A stretch of 63,906 nucleotides of DNA, filler included. It is 6 parts of 6 records of this genome, joined end to end, with 100 filler letters (N's around TTAATTAATTAA, not from the genome) between each part and the next. Parts side by side here need not be neighbours in the genome. Positions count along the whole stretch, not along the records: positions 14,007 to 35,786 come from SRR2962707_2156; 5 more parts are not named here. One strand, given 5' to 3'. Shown in pieces: positions 19,925-28,642 of the stretch. Within the stretch, counting starts at the first letter, position 1. Every line of letters begins with the position of its first letter. A program made the translations under genes and the position numbers. Under the pieces are notes generated by a model that did not search any database, had not been told where the DNA came from, and was given only the letters and a program-made list of their open reading frames with translations.

Positions 19925-20320
19925 ATTTTCGCGCTACGGGTGGCCGGCCGCCGTCCTGATCACAGCCCGCTGGAAGGCTGGACGCTCTACGGCGGGTGAT
20001 GCGGCTCTCTGATCTTGGTTTCCCCGTCACGAGACGACAAGGCCGCAACGCGTGGTAGCTCACCTACCATCGCAAATAGCACAATTTTGCCTCGTAGGTG
20101 CAGACGTCAGGCGGCGGCGCTTGCGATCAGCTTCCCAAAGGCTCCGCCAGAATGGGCCGTTCGTGTCACTTTTCAGTTGTTAGGCACTAAGGACCGCCAC
20201 GTGGACAAAGCTGCCTTCCATTGCAAGGCACCAATGTCCGGTTTAGCAAACCGTTCATAAACGGTGGTTTCTGTCACGGTCAGAAACTCGTTCCAAGAAC
20301 CACGTTTTCGAGCTGACCTG

Positions 20321-21196
20321 TTATTTGTCATCCGATCTGAAATAAGTCGGACACCATATCAGACGCCCAAAGCAGATGCGTAACCGGTCTGTCCATGTCC
20401 GGCAACGGCGCATGTCGCGTAGGATGCTGCGGTATTCGATGACGTTGATTGTGACCGGGTTGTTGGTCTCTATGTTCACGGTCAAGCCATAGGTGACCGC
20501 ATCTTCCTCGCGTTGGAATGTGCCAAACAGCTTGTCCCAGATGATCAGCACGCCACCGTAATTCTTGTCGAGGTATTTTCGGTTCGATCCGTGATGGACC
20601 CGACGGACCGAGGGGGTGTTGAACACCTCGTCCAGCCACCCCAGTTTATGCACGCGTTCAGAATGAACCCAGTGCTGATACTGCGCCACCAGAACAAGGC
20701 CGATGATGGCTTGGAACGGGTTGAACCCCAGCAGAATCATCGGGATCAGGAATATCCATTCGAACAACCCCTCTACCCAACTGAGCCGGAAGCCAACCGT
20801 CAGGTTATAGTCCTCTGACGAATGGTGAACGCTGTGATTGGCCCAGAGGATGCGACGCTCGTGCTCGATCCGGTGCAGCCAATAATAGGTGAAATCGGCC
20901 GCGACAAAGGCGATGATCCATGTCCACCAGAGCATGGGAATTTCCCAAGGCACAAGCCAGAAGAACGGCAGCAGTCCGATCAGTCCGATAGACGCGAACA
21001 CGGTTCCCTCCAGCACCTGCCCGACGACGAAGATTGCGCAGTTTGCCGCCGTATCCTTCCAGCGCCGCTCCTTGCGGGTGAACAGATCGAGCATCACTTC
21101 TCCGACTGTGAGAGCCAAGTTTATGAGAAATATCGTGCCGACGATGGTCATCAGTGACGATGTGGCAAAGAGTTCGACAAGCGCTTCAATGGTCAT
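20321..21196 (-). CDS. Sterol desaturase / fatty acid hydroxylase family (alkylglycerol monooxygenase-like)
   Basis: HRIEH, HSVHH, QHWVH, NYGGVLIIWDKLFGT; last His box reads RRVHH; alternative GTG start 21205. Confidence 0.85.
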   Translation of the reverse strand: MTIEALVELFATSSLMTIVGTIFLINLALTVGEVMLDLFTRKERRWKDTAANCAIFVVGQVLEGTVFASIGLIGLLPFFWLVPWEIPMLWWTWIIAFVAADFTYYWLHRIEHERRILWANHSVHHSSEDYNLTVGFRLSWVEGLFEWIFLIPMILLGFNPFQAIIGLVLVAQYQHWVHSERVHKLGWLDEVFNTPSVRRVHHGSNRKYLDKNYGGVLIIWDKLFGTFQREEDAVTYGLTVNIETNNPVTINVIEYRSILRDMRRCRTWTDRLRICFGRLIWCPTYFRSDDK

Positions 21197-21287
21197 GTCC
21201 GACACTTCTGATCCGAACGAAAGCCGCAGGCGAAGCTTTGAACCTCGTGATTGTGCATTTTCATTTCCGTATGCCTCTGCTATTTAT

Positions 21288-21309
21288 TCGGTGAACGAAT
21301 GTTCATCGA
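21288..21309. promoter_or_regulatory. Candidate TetR operator palindrome
   Basis: TCGgTGAAC-gaat-GTTCAtCGA in the divergent desaturase/TetR intergenic region. Confidence 0.5.
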
Positions 21310-21343
21310 GATAGTCTGCGCATGTGCGAATGAAAGGGTCAAC

Positions 21344-21949
21344 ATGGAAGATCAGGTGCCTCAGCGGACCAACCGCGACAAGACGACTCGCGCACGCCGC
21401 GCACTGCTGGTCGAGACGGCAATCGCCTGTTTTGTCGAAAAGGGCCTTGCACGGACGGGAATGCGCGACATCGCGAAACAGGCAGGGGTGAGCGTAGGGA
21501 ACCTTTACAACCACTTTCCGGGCCGTGGCGATCTGATCGCCGAGATTGCGCAGATCGAAACGGCAGGACTTGACGACATCGTGGCTCAAGTCGCCAAATG
21601 CGCCGACCCACACAAGGCGATCGATACCTTGGTCAAAAGCTACTTTCTGTATTGCGCTGACCCCGTTTCGGCGGTCCTGACCGTCGAGATCACCTCCGAA
21701 GCCCTGCGCAATCCGGCGATAGAGGACCTGTTCAGCGGTAACCGGGCACTGTTGGTCAATACGCTGGCAAAAGCTCTCTCGCAAAGCAGCGGAAACGCCA
21801 ATCGCGCAACAGTGACTGCCGGTCTTGTCATCGATACTATCGAGGGTTTCGCGCTGCGGATCGGGTTGACCGGAAAGAAGCCGCGCAAGCGAGATGCCGA
21901 GGCACTGATATCCTTTGTGCGCAACGCCCTGACGCCTGGGGCTGACTGA
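21344..21949 (+). CDS. TetR/AcrR family transcriptional regulator
   Basis: HTH TGMRDIAKQAGVSVGNLYNHF. Confidence 0.92.
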   Translation: MEDQVPQRTNRDKTTRARRALLVETAIACFVEKGLARTGMRDIAKQAGVSVGNLYNHFPGRGDLIAEIAQIETAGLDDIVAQVAKCADPHKAIDTLVKSYFLYCADPVSAVLTVEITSEALRNPAIEDLFSGNRALLVNTLAKALSQSSGNANRATVTAGLVIDTIEGFALRIGLTGKKPRKRDAEALISFVRNALTPGAD

Positions 21950-21950
21950 T

Positions 21951-23006
21951 ATGCGCCGCTTGCTGTTGATCGCTGCCGGTCTTGCAGCAATTGCCTTGTT
22001 CGGTCTCGGGGCAATCGTCGCATTTTCGCGGATCACGGATTTCGAGCTGCCGGAAATTACGCAGCAAACGTTGTCGTTTAGCGATAGCGGTAACAGGCTG
22101 GAAGGAACGTTGATCACCGCGTCTGCTGATGGTCCCACCGTGCTTTTGGTTCATGGCGACGGCGCGCGGGACCGGTGGTCTGACGATGGATACCTGCCGC
22201 TCGTCAACACGCTGCTCGACGCCGGAATTTCGGTGTTCAGTTGGGACAAGCCCGGTGTGGGTGCTTCCACAGGAAACTGGCTGCATCAGTCCATGACTGA
22301 TCGGGCCAATGAGACTGTTGCCGCCCTCGCTGCTGTGCGGCAGGCTACGGGTTTCGAAGACCGCATCATCGGTCTGCTTGGGTTTTCACAGGCTGGCTGG
22401 GTTTTGCCACGTGTCCCCGCGCTGACCGATGATGCCTCGTTTCTGGTCTTGATGGGCGGCGCTATCAACTGGCAGGCTCAGGGGCGATACTACGCCACCA
22501 TTCGGTTAACGCACGAAGGTCAGACATCTACGCGGATCGCGGCCGAACTGCTGCGACAAGCGCAGGCACAGTCGGAATGGCTCAGGTCCGATGCAACATA
22601 TGCGGATTACAGCGCGGCAAGTCGACCGGAGGACGGTTTTTTGTCAGCAAACAGGTTTCGTTTTGCACAATTGAACTATCGGGAGGATGCCCGCGAAGAC
22701 ATTGCCAAATTGACCTTGCCAGTGCTGGTTCTGTCAGGTGCCGCAGACCTCAACGTTGACTCAAGGGAAACCATCGCTGTCTACACGCAGCTTTTGAAAG
22801 CTGTTCATCCGCTCAACGCATTTCATCTTGTGCCGAACGCAAGCCATTCGCTGATGTCGGCCAGCTATCTCAACTACCAGCTACCGGATCAAATTCCGCT
22901 TTTGGTGAAGGCAAGGTTCATTCTGGCGGGGCGCGATGCCTACGAGGGGGATGTTCTGAAAACCGTTACTGACTGGGTTTTTGACGTGTCTCAGGCCGCG
23001 CCATGA
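21951..23006 (+). CDS. Alpha/beta hydrolase with N-terminal signal/anchor
   Basis: LVHGDG, WDKPGVG, GFSQAG nucleophile elbow, GAADLNV, NASHSL. Confidence 0.87.
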   Translation: MRRLLLIAAGLAAIALFGLGAIVAFSRITDFELPEITQQTLSFSDSGNRLEGTLITASADGPTVLLVHGDGARDRWSDDGYLPLVNTLLDAGISVFSWDKPGVGASTGNWLHQSMTDRANETVAALAAVRQATGFEDRIIGLLGFSQAGWVLPRVPALTDDASFLVLMGGAINWQAQGRYYATIRLTHEGQTSTRIAAELLRQAQAQSEWLRSDATYADYSAASRPEDGFLSANRFRFAQLNYREDAREDIAKLTLPVLVLSGAADLNVDSRETIAVYTQLLKAVHPLNAFHLVPNASHSLMSASYLNYQLPDQIPLLVKARFILAGRDAYEGDVLKTVTDWVFDVSQAAP

Positions 23007-23100
23007 TGATGCGCGTCCCGTGTGTAGCGATCATAACTTCCGGGGATTGCGAAATACTGGCTTCGTTCCACGTAACAGCGAGACTCGGAACTTTCATCTC

Positions 23101-23960
23101 ATGCTGAACGACATCCCGCTGACAGTTTCATCTCTCCTTCGCGCCTTCCGGTATCGCATCGGGCTGACGTGGCTCTTGACGCTATGCGAGACAGTTCTGA
23201 TTGCAATTGTCCCCCTCTTCGTCGGGTTTGCCATCGACGGGTTGTTGCCTGAGAATACTGGCGCATTGTTTCAGTCGGTGATTATCATGGCCGCCCTAAT
23301 CGTGGTCAGCTTCGCGCGCCGGGCCTACGACACCCGCGTGTTTGGCACTATTCGGGTAGAAGTTGGAAAGGCGCAGGCCGCACGCGCCCGGGATCAACCT
23401 GTCTCGTTGTCTCGATATTGAATGCCCGCCTTGGCATGGGACGCGAGATAGTCGACTTCATGGAAAACGACTTGCCGCTCGTGATGGCAGCTCTGATCCA
23501 GCTCATCGTCTCAATCATCGTATTGTTCTCATTTGGTCCGATGCTGGCCATAGCCGGGATTATTGCGGTCGTGGCGATGCTGCTCACCTATGCGCCGTTC
23601 CACCAAAATTTCTACCGATTGAACGGACATCTGAATTACCATATGGAGCGGCAGGTTGGTATACTGGTTACTCGCTGACCGCAAAGGCTGTTGTCGCATT
23701 TGCTACATCTGTGCAGAGTTGAGGTGCGTCTCTCGGACACTGAATCTTTCCTCTACGGAGCGATCTTCATCGTCCTTCTGGGCCTCGTCGTGTTCAATCT
23801 TTGGTCCGCCACAACTGTCTTGTCTATCACGACCTGCACGATCTTTTCCATCGTCAGCTACTCGTTGGAATTTGTCGACTCCGCGCTTGTACTTCCGGTT
23901 ACCCTACAGGGATGGTCGCGCCTTTCGGAAATCACGAAGCGGATCAACCCGGACGTTTAA
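23101..23960 (+). pseudogene. ABC transporter six-TM-domain protein, disrupted
   Basis: Three ORF pieces; frameshift from an 8-bp duplication at 23401-23416; in-frame TGA at 23676-23678; RRAYDTRVF and LSDTES motifs. Confidence 0.75.
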
Positions 23961-24164
23961 CGCTTTTCGGACGACGCTCATGTTTCCTAAAAGTCCGTTT
24001 TTGGAACGTCAGCAAAACACCTGATACAACGCTGCCACAAACCCGGTTTTAAACTCAAGCAGTTGATGAAGGTTTTTGGCGCTACCATGATTGCAGACAT
24101 AAGCCGCATCGCAGAATTTCGGGAATGAGGGCTCGAACCCTGCCGTTGGCTGCGGACGTCACGC

Positions 24165-24181
24165 AGTTCCGCTAAGGGCCG
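24165..24181 (+). repeat. Terminal repeat half-site next to the dioxygenase gene end
   Basis: AGTTCCGCTAAGGGCCG, similar to the right end of repeats A-E; a left-half-like GTCCGTTTTTGGAACG lies at 23993. Confidence 0.45.
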
Positions 24182-24206
24182 ACCACCCACATTCACCACC
24201 CCACCC

Positions 24207-24875
24207 CTACTCAAAGAACGTCGCGCTCCGTCCGCCGACCACGATATCAAAGTCATAGGCCTCTTCTACCCCTGCCGTTTGCGGGTCACGCAGTCTGCCG
24301 ATGTTGCGCTCGAACGCGTCGCCCATCAAGATCGCCATCGGATCGCTCGCGTTGTTCGGCTCATCTGGGAAATACATCTGGGTGATCAGCCGCGATGATC
24401 CGCCGCTGACCGACACATGGATATGTTTGGGCCGCCAGCGTCCGATATCGGGCCGCGCCAGATACGCACCTGGGCTGATCGCCCAGAACCTATATCGCCC
24501 CTCCCCATCGGTCAGCACCCGCCCCATCCCAAGGTGGTTGTCGTCCAGCTGCAGGCCGGAATGATCCTCGACATGGCGGTAGCGGCCATAGTGGTTGGCG
24601 CTCCAAACCTCGAGCAGTGCGCCCGCCACCGGACGGCCCGATGCACTGCGCACCCGGCCTGTCACTTCGATCGGAACGCCATCGGCGCGGGGGCGGTCCG
24701 GTGCTGTGCGGGTCATGTCCCATTCATGCGGGTTCGTCGCATAACGTGCGGGCACGACGGGGACAAAACTGGCCCGTGCGATGCCGGGGATCAGGCGCAG
24801 CGGCTGGCGCGGGGTGCGTTGATCTGACGTGTTGTCGGTCGGGCCAATGCCCAGAATGCGTCCTTGCTTGGCCAT
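24207..24875 (-). CDS. Intradiol ring-cleavage dioxygenase, PcaH-like beta subunit
   Basis: All four Fe ligand motifs: WSANHYGRYRH, PGAY, WRPKHIH; also LITQMYF. Confidence 0.88.
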   Translation of the reverse strand: MAKQGRILGIGPTDNTSDQRTPRQPLRLIPGIARASFVPVVPARYATNPHEWDMTRTAPDRPRADGVPIEVTGRVRSASGRPVAGALLEVWSANHYGRYRHVEDHSGLQLDDNHLGMGRVLTDGEGRYRFWAISPGAYLARPDIGRWRPKHIHVSVSGGSSRLITQMYFPDEPNNASDPMAILMGDAFERNIGRLRDPQTAGVEEAYDFDIVVGGRSATFFE

Positions 24876-24878
24876 GGC

Positions 24879-25478
24879 TCAGCTCTCCAGATCGTCAAAG
24901 AATGGGGTCTCGCCGGGGCCCGCCATGACGATGTCAAAGACATAGACCTCGGCCCCGCTGGCGGTGCGCCCGTCATGGCGTGCAATCAACTTGGGCGCGT
25001 CATTGCCAACCGATTGCAGAACGGGATCGGCGTCATTGCCCGCCTGCCCGTCAAAAAACACCTGCGTGACGATCCGGCTGATCCCGTCGGAAAAGATCGT
25101 GATCGTGATGTTTGGCGCGCGCCCCGGCGCAGCCCCCGGCAAGATGGTGCGGAATTCATAAGCACCCGACGCTGTACGCAACCGGCCATAGCCGTCGAAC
25201 CACGGGTCGATCCCCGCGTCCCCTTGGTTTGCAGGCGTGCGGTAGACGCCCGTTGCGTTGGCTTGCCAAAACTCCAGCACGGCACCATTGGCCAGTTCGC
25301 CGTGACGGTCCAGAACACGGCCGCGCAAGATGATCCGCGTGCCCTCGGCCGCGCCCACGACACCGGGGGCAAAGCGGGTCAGATCCTCGAGCGCGGGATC
25401 GGCGAAATAGATCGGGAAATACGGCCCGCAGGTGTCTTCATTCGTCGCTGGTAAAAGGTTGGATGCCGGATCGGTCAT
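24879..25478 (-). CDS. Intradiol ring-cleavage dioxygenase, PcaG-like alpha subunit
   Basis: TCGPY, LEFWQANATG, FRTILPG, ADPVL, FDIVMAGPGETPFFD; GGAGG RBS. Confidence 0.87.
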   Translation of the reverse strand: MTDPASNLLPATNEDTCGPYFPIYFADPALEDLTRFAPGVVGAAEGTRIILRGRVLDRHGELANGAVLEFWQANATGVYRTPANQGDAGIDPWFDGYGRLRTASGAYEFRTILPGAAPGRAPNITITIFSDGISRIVTQVFFDGQAGNDADPVLQSVGNDAPKLIARHDGRTASGAEVYVFDIVMAGPGETPFFDDLES

Positions 25479-25504
25479 CGCCTGTCCTCCATTGTCTTTG
25501 GTCC

Positions 25505-25520
25505 GTTTTGCATATTAAAC
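25505..25520. promoter_or_regulatory. Candidate IclR operator 1
   Basis: GTTTTGCATATTAAAC, 14/16 identical to 28598-28613. Confidence 0.55.
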
Positions 25521-25552
25521 ACCAAGGAACGCAATACGGAAACCAGTCGCCT

Positions 25553-26341
25553 ATGACCAAAGCGTCCAATCATGATGTCTATTTCGTTCCCGGTCTGCAT
25601 CGGGGTCTTCGGGTTCTCGAAATTCTGGGCGCAGCAGAAACGCCCATGTCGCTGAGCGATATTGCCCGCGCGATGGAGCTGAGCCGGAGTTCGGCGTTTC
25701 GTCTGGTCTATACTTTGCGGCAGATGGAGTTCATTCGCGAGGCGGAGCAGGCCAATACCTTTACCCTTGGCGCGCGCGTTCTGAACCTTGGCTTTGCCTA
25801 TCTGAACCAGCAACCCATCACCGCGATTGCCCGCCCCATTCTTGCAACCCTGCGCGACGAAACGGGCGTTTCCACGCATCTCAGCGTGCTTGAGGGCGAC
25901 GATGTCTTGTACCTTGTCAGCCATCAGGCCCGGTCTGGATATGTGTCCAACATGCGCACCGGCACCCGCACGCAGGCCTATGCGTCGGCGATTGGCTGGT
26001 GTTTGCTGGGTGACAAGACCGACACTGAACTCAGCGCCTTTGCCGAGACCCAGAACTGGCATCGCTATACGCAACACACGCCGATGGATGCGGCCAGCCT
26101 TGCCGCCCGCGTGACGCAGGCGCGCACAGCGGGCTTTGTTGTGTCGCGTGGTTTTCGCGAAGCGGGCGGGTCGAGCATCGCCGTGCCCGTGCGCGACAAT
26201 AGCGGCGCGATCGTGGCCTGCGTGAACCTGTCCGGCCCCGACAGCGGGTATGATTTCGACCGGGTAGAAAGCTTTTACCTGCCCAAAACCCAAGACGCGG
26301 CGCTGCAAATCTCGCGCGCTTTGGGGTACCAGGGCAGCTAG
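25553..26341 (+). CDS. IclR family transcriptional regulator
   Basis: PGLHRGLRVLE, HTH LSDIARAMELSRSSAFRL, ASAIG, SIAVPVRD. Confidence 0.93.
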   Translation: MTKASNHDVYFVPGLHRGLRVLEILGAAETPMSLSDIARAMELSRSSAFRLVYTLRQMEFIREAEQANTFTLGARVLNLGFAYLNQQPITAIARPILATLRDETGVSTHLSVLEGDDVLYLVSHQARSGYVSNMRTGTRTQAYASAIGWCLLGDKTDTELSAFAETQNWHRYTQHTPMDAASLAARVTQARTAGFVVSRGFREAGGSSIAVPVRDNSGAIVACVNLSGPDSGYDFDRVESFYLPKTQDAALQISRALGYQGS

Positions 26342-26343
26342 GC

Positions 26344-27222
26344 TCATCGCGTGATGCCCAGAATGGCGCGGGCCTCGTCCGGGGTGGCAAGCGCGCCGCC
26401 CAGATCGCCGATGATCCGCGCCGCTTTTCCCACCAATTGCGCGTTGCTTTCACAATGCTGGCCCTTGGCAATATGGGCCGTGTCTTCCATGCCGATGCGG
26501 ATATGCCCGCCCAGCAACCACGCCTGCGCCAGCATCGGAAACGCCACGCGGCCAATGCCAAAGGCGGCCCATTCGGTGCCGTCGGGCAGTTGACTGACCA
26601 GATAGGCCATCGTTGCCGGATTGGCGACCGCACCAAAGCGCACGCCCAGCACCATTTGCACCATCAGCGGCGTGCGCAAAACACCGCGCGCGACGAAATC
26701 CTTGACCATGTGCAGATCACCGCTGTCGAAAACCTCTATCTCGGGTTTGACGCCAGCGTCGTAGATACGGCCCGCCATGATCTCGAGGTTGCGCGGCGCG
26801 TTGATCACGGACGCCTGACCCGACCACATGGTGTTGAAATCCAGCGTGCAAATATCGGGCTGCAAAGCCTCGACATGGGCCACGCGTTTTTCAGGCGCGC
26901 ATAGGGTCGAACCGGGTGCGGCGATCTGTGGATCATCCTCCGACGGGATAAACCGCCCGCCCTCGCCCGTTGTCAGGTTCAACAGCACGTTGGCGTTTTC
27001 GGCACGGATACGCGCCACCAGTTCTTCATACAGATCAAGCCGCATGGACCCTTTGGCGCTTTCCGGATCACGCACATGCAGATGCACAATGGCAGCACCC
27101 GCCGTTGCGGCATCCAGCGCTTGGCGCGCGATCTGTTCGGGGGTGACGGGTAAATGCGGGCTGATTTCTGGCGTCATCAGGTTGCCGGTGATCGCGGCGG
27201 TCAGGATTGTCTTGCGCGTCAC
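26344..27222 (-). CDS. Beta-keto acid cleavage enzyme (BKACE/DUF849, Kce family)
   Basis: TAAITG, AIVHLHVRD Zn motif, NLTTG, PEIEVFD, RIGMED; GTG start with GGAG RBS. Confidence 0.92.
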   Translation of the reverse strand: MTRKTILTAAITGNLMTPEISPHLPVTPEQIARQALDAATAGAAIVHLHVRDPESAKGSMRLDLYEELVARIRAENANVLLNLTTGEGGRFIPSEDDPQIAAPGSTLCAPEKRVAHVEALQPDICTLDFNTMWSGQASVINAPRNLEIMAGRIYDAGVKPEIEVFDSGDLHMVKDFVARGVLRTPLMVQMVLGVRFGAVANPATMAYLVSQLPDGTEWAAFGIGRVAFPMLAQAWLLGGHIRIGMEDTAHIAKGQHCESNAQLVGKAARIIGDLGGALATPDEARAILGITR

Positions 27223-27226
27223 CTTA

Positions 27227-28561
27227 TTACTCCAACACATCCGATACGGCGGCGACAAGCGTCTGAACGATCAGCTCGATCTCTGCCCCGGTGGAGGTAT
27301 AGGACGGTGCCAGCAAGACGTGATCGCCGTGAACCCCGTCAATGCAGCCCTGCGCCGGATACAGCATCACGCCGCGCGCATTGGCCGCTGCGCCAATTTT
27401 CATGGCGATGCTTTCGGCGGGGTCGAACGGCGCTTTGGTGTCGCGGTCTGCAACCATTTCGACCGTCCAAAACAGCCCGCGCCCGCGGATATCGCCCACA
27501 TGTGGATGCTGGGCAAATGCCGTACTCAACGCGGTCTCAAGCTGCGCGCCGCGTTTGACCACATTGTCCAACAGGTTTTCGTTCTCGATCACGTTTTGCA
27601 CCGCCAATGCGCCCGCCGTCGCAATCGCGTGGGACATATAGGTATGCCCGTTCCACAGCTTGCCACTGCCCGCTTTGATCACATCAACCACGCTTTGCGC
27701 GGCCAGAACGGCGGCAATCGGCTGGTATCCAGCCCCGAGCCCCTTGGCCATTGTCGTCAGATCGGCGGCAATGCCTTCTTGCTCCAGCGCATAGGTCGTG
27801 CCGGTCCGGCCCATGCCGCTCATCACCTCGTCGGCGATCAACAGAACACAGTGCTGGTCGCAAATTTCGCGGATACGTTTGAAATAGCCCTTTGGCGCAG
27901 GTTGCGTGCCCAAGGACGCGCCCACAACGGGTTCCGCCACAAAGGCCATCACGCTCTCGGGCCCCAAGCGTTTAATCTCATCCTCTAGCAGGTTGGCCAT
28001 GCGTAGTGCAAAATCGGCCTCGCTCTCTTTGTCATGCTGCAAACGGTAAGGGTACGGCGCATCGATATGCGTGACGTCGATCAGCAATGGCGCAAAGGGC
28101 GCGCGTCTGCCCGCATGGCCACCCGTGGCCAAGGCCCCCAATGTATTGCCGTGATAGCTTGGCTTGCGCGCAATGATCCGGTGGCGGTCGGGCTCTCCCT
28201 TCTCGATGCAGTATTGCCGCGCCAGCTTGAGCGCAGCCTCCATCGCTTCGGAGCCGGAGCCAAGGTAAAGCACCCTGCCATCGCCGGTCCCTTTCGGTGC
28301 GCGCGCCACAAGATACGCGGCCAGATCTTCGGCCGGTTGATTGGTAAATGATCCCGTGTGGGCAAAGGCCAGCTGATCGACCTGCGCCTTGATCGCCGCG
28401 CGGACCTTGGGGTGGTCGTGGCCGATGCAAGACACAGCCGCCCCGCCACACCCGTCCAGATATCGCCGCCCCGACGCATCAATAAGGTAATTGCCATCCC
28501 CGGCAACGACCACAGGAAGGTCAGAATTCAGGTCGCGGTGGAAGACGCTGCTTTGGGCCAT
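27227..28561 (-). CDS. Class III PLP aminotransferase
   Basis: YLDGCGGAAV, SGSEAME, SYHGNT, ADEVMSGMGR, MAKGLGAGY, GHTY. Confidence 0.93.
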   Translation of the reverse strand: MAQSSVFHRDLNSDLPVVVAGDGNYLIDASGRRYLDGCGGAAVSCIGHDHPKVRAAIKAQVDQLAFAHTGSFTNQPAEDLAAYLVARAPKGTGDGRVLYLGSGSEAMEAALKLARQYCIEKGEPDRHRIIARKPSYHGNTLGALATGGHAGRRAPFAPLLIDVTHIDAPYPYRLQHDKESEADFALRMANLLEDEIKRLGPESVMAFVAEPVVGASLGTQPAPKGYFKRIREICDQHCVLLIADEVMSGMGRTGTTYALEQEGIAADLTTMAKGLGAGYQPIAAVLAAQSVVDVIKAGSGKLWNGHTYMSHAIATAGALAVQNVIENENLLDNVVKRGAQLETALSTAFAQHPHVGDIRGRGLFWTVEMVADRDTKAPFDPAESIAMKIGAAANARGVMLYPAQGCIDGVHGDHVLLAPSYTSTGAEIELIVQTLVAAVSDVLE

Positions 28562-28578
28562 GGCTCTCACATCAATAT

Positions 28579-28613
28579 GTCTTGTATGTAAACGTGTGTT
28601 TTGTATATTAGAC
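28579..28613. promoter_or_regulatory. Candidate IclR operators 2 and 3 (tandem)
   Basis: GTCTTGTATGTAAAC (28579-28593) and GTTTTGTATATTAGAC (28598-28613) in the divergent promoter region. Confidence 0.55.
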
Positions 28614-28642
28614 AGAAATTCAGATCACAAGGTTTTACTGAC

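Noticed and set aside
24207-25478. Assigning the symbols pcaH/pcaG
   Set aside because: Fold and Fe ligands match, but substrate-pocket residues, gene order and context differ from the beta-ketoadipate pathway.
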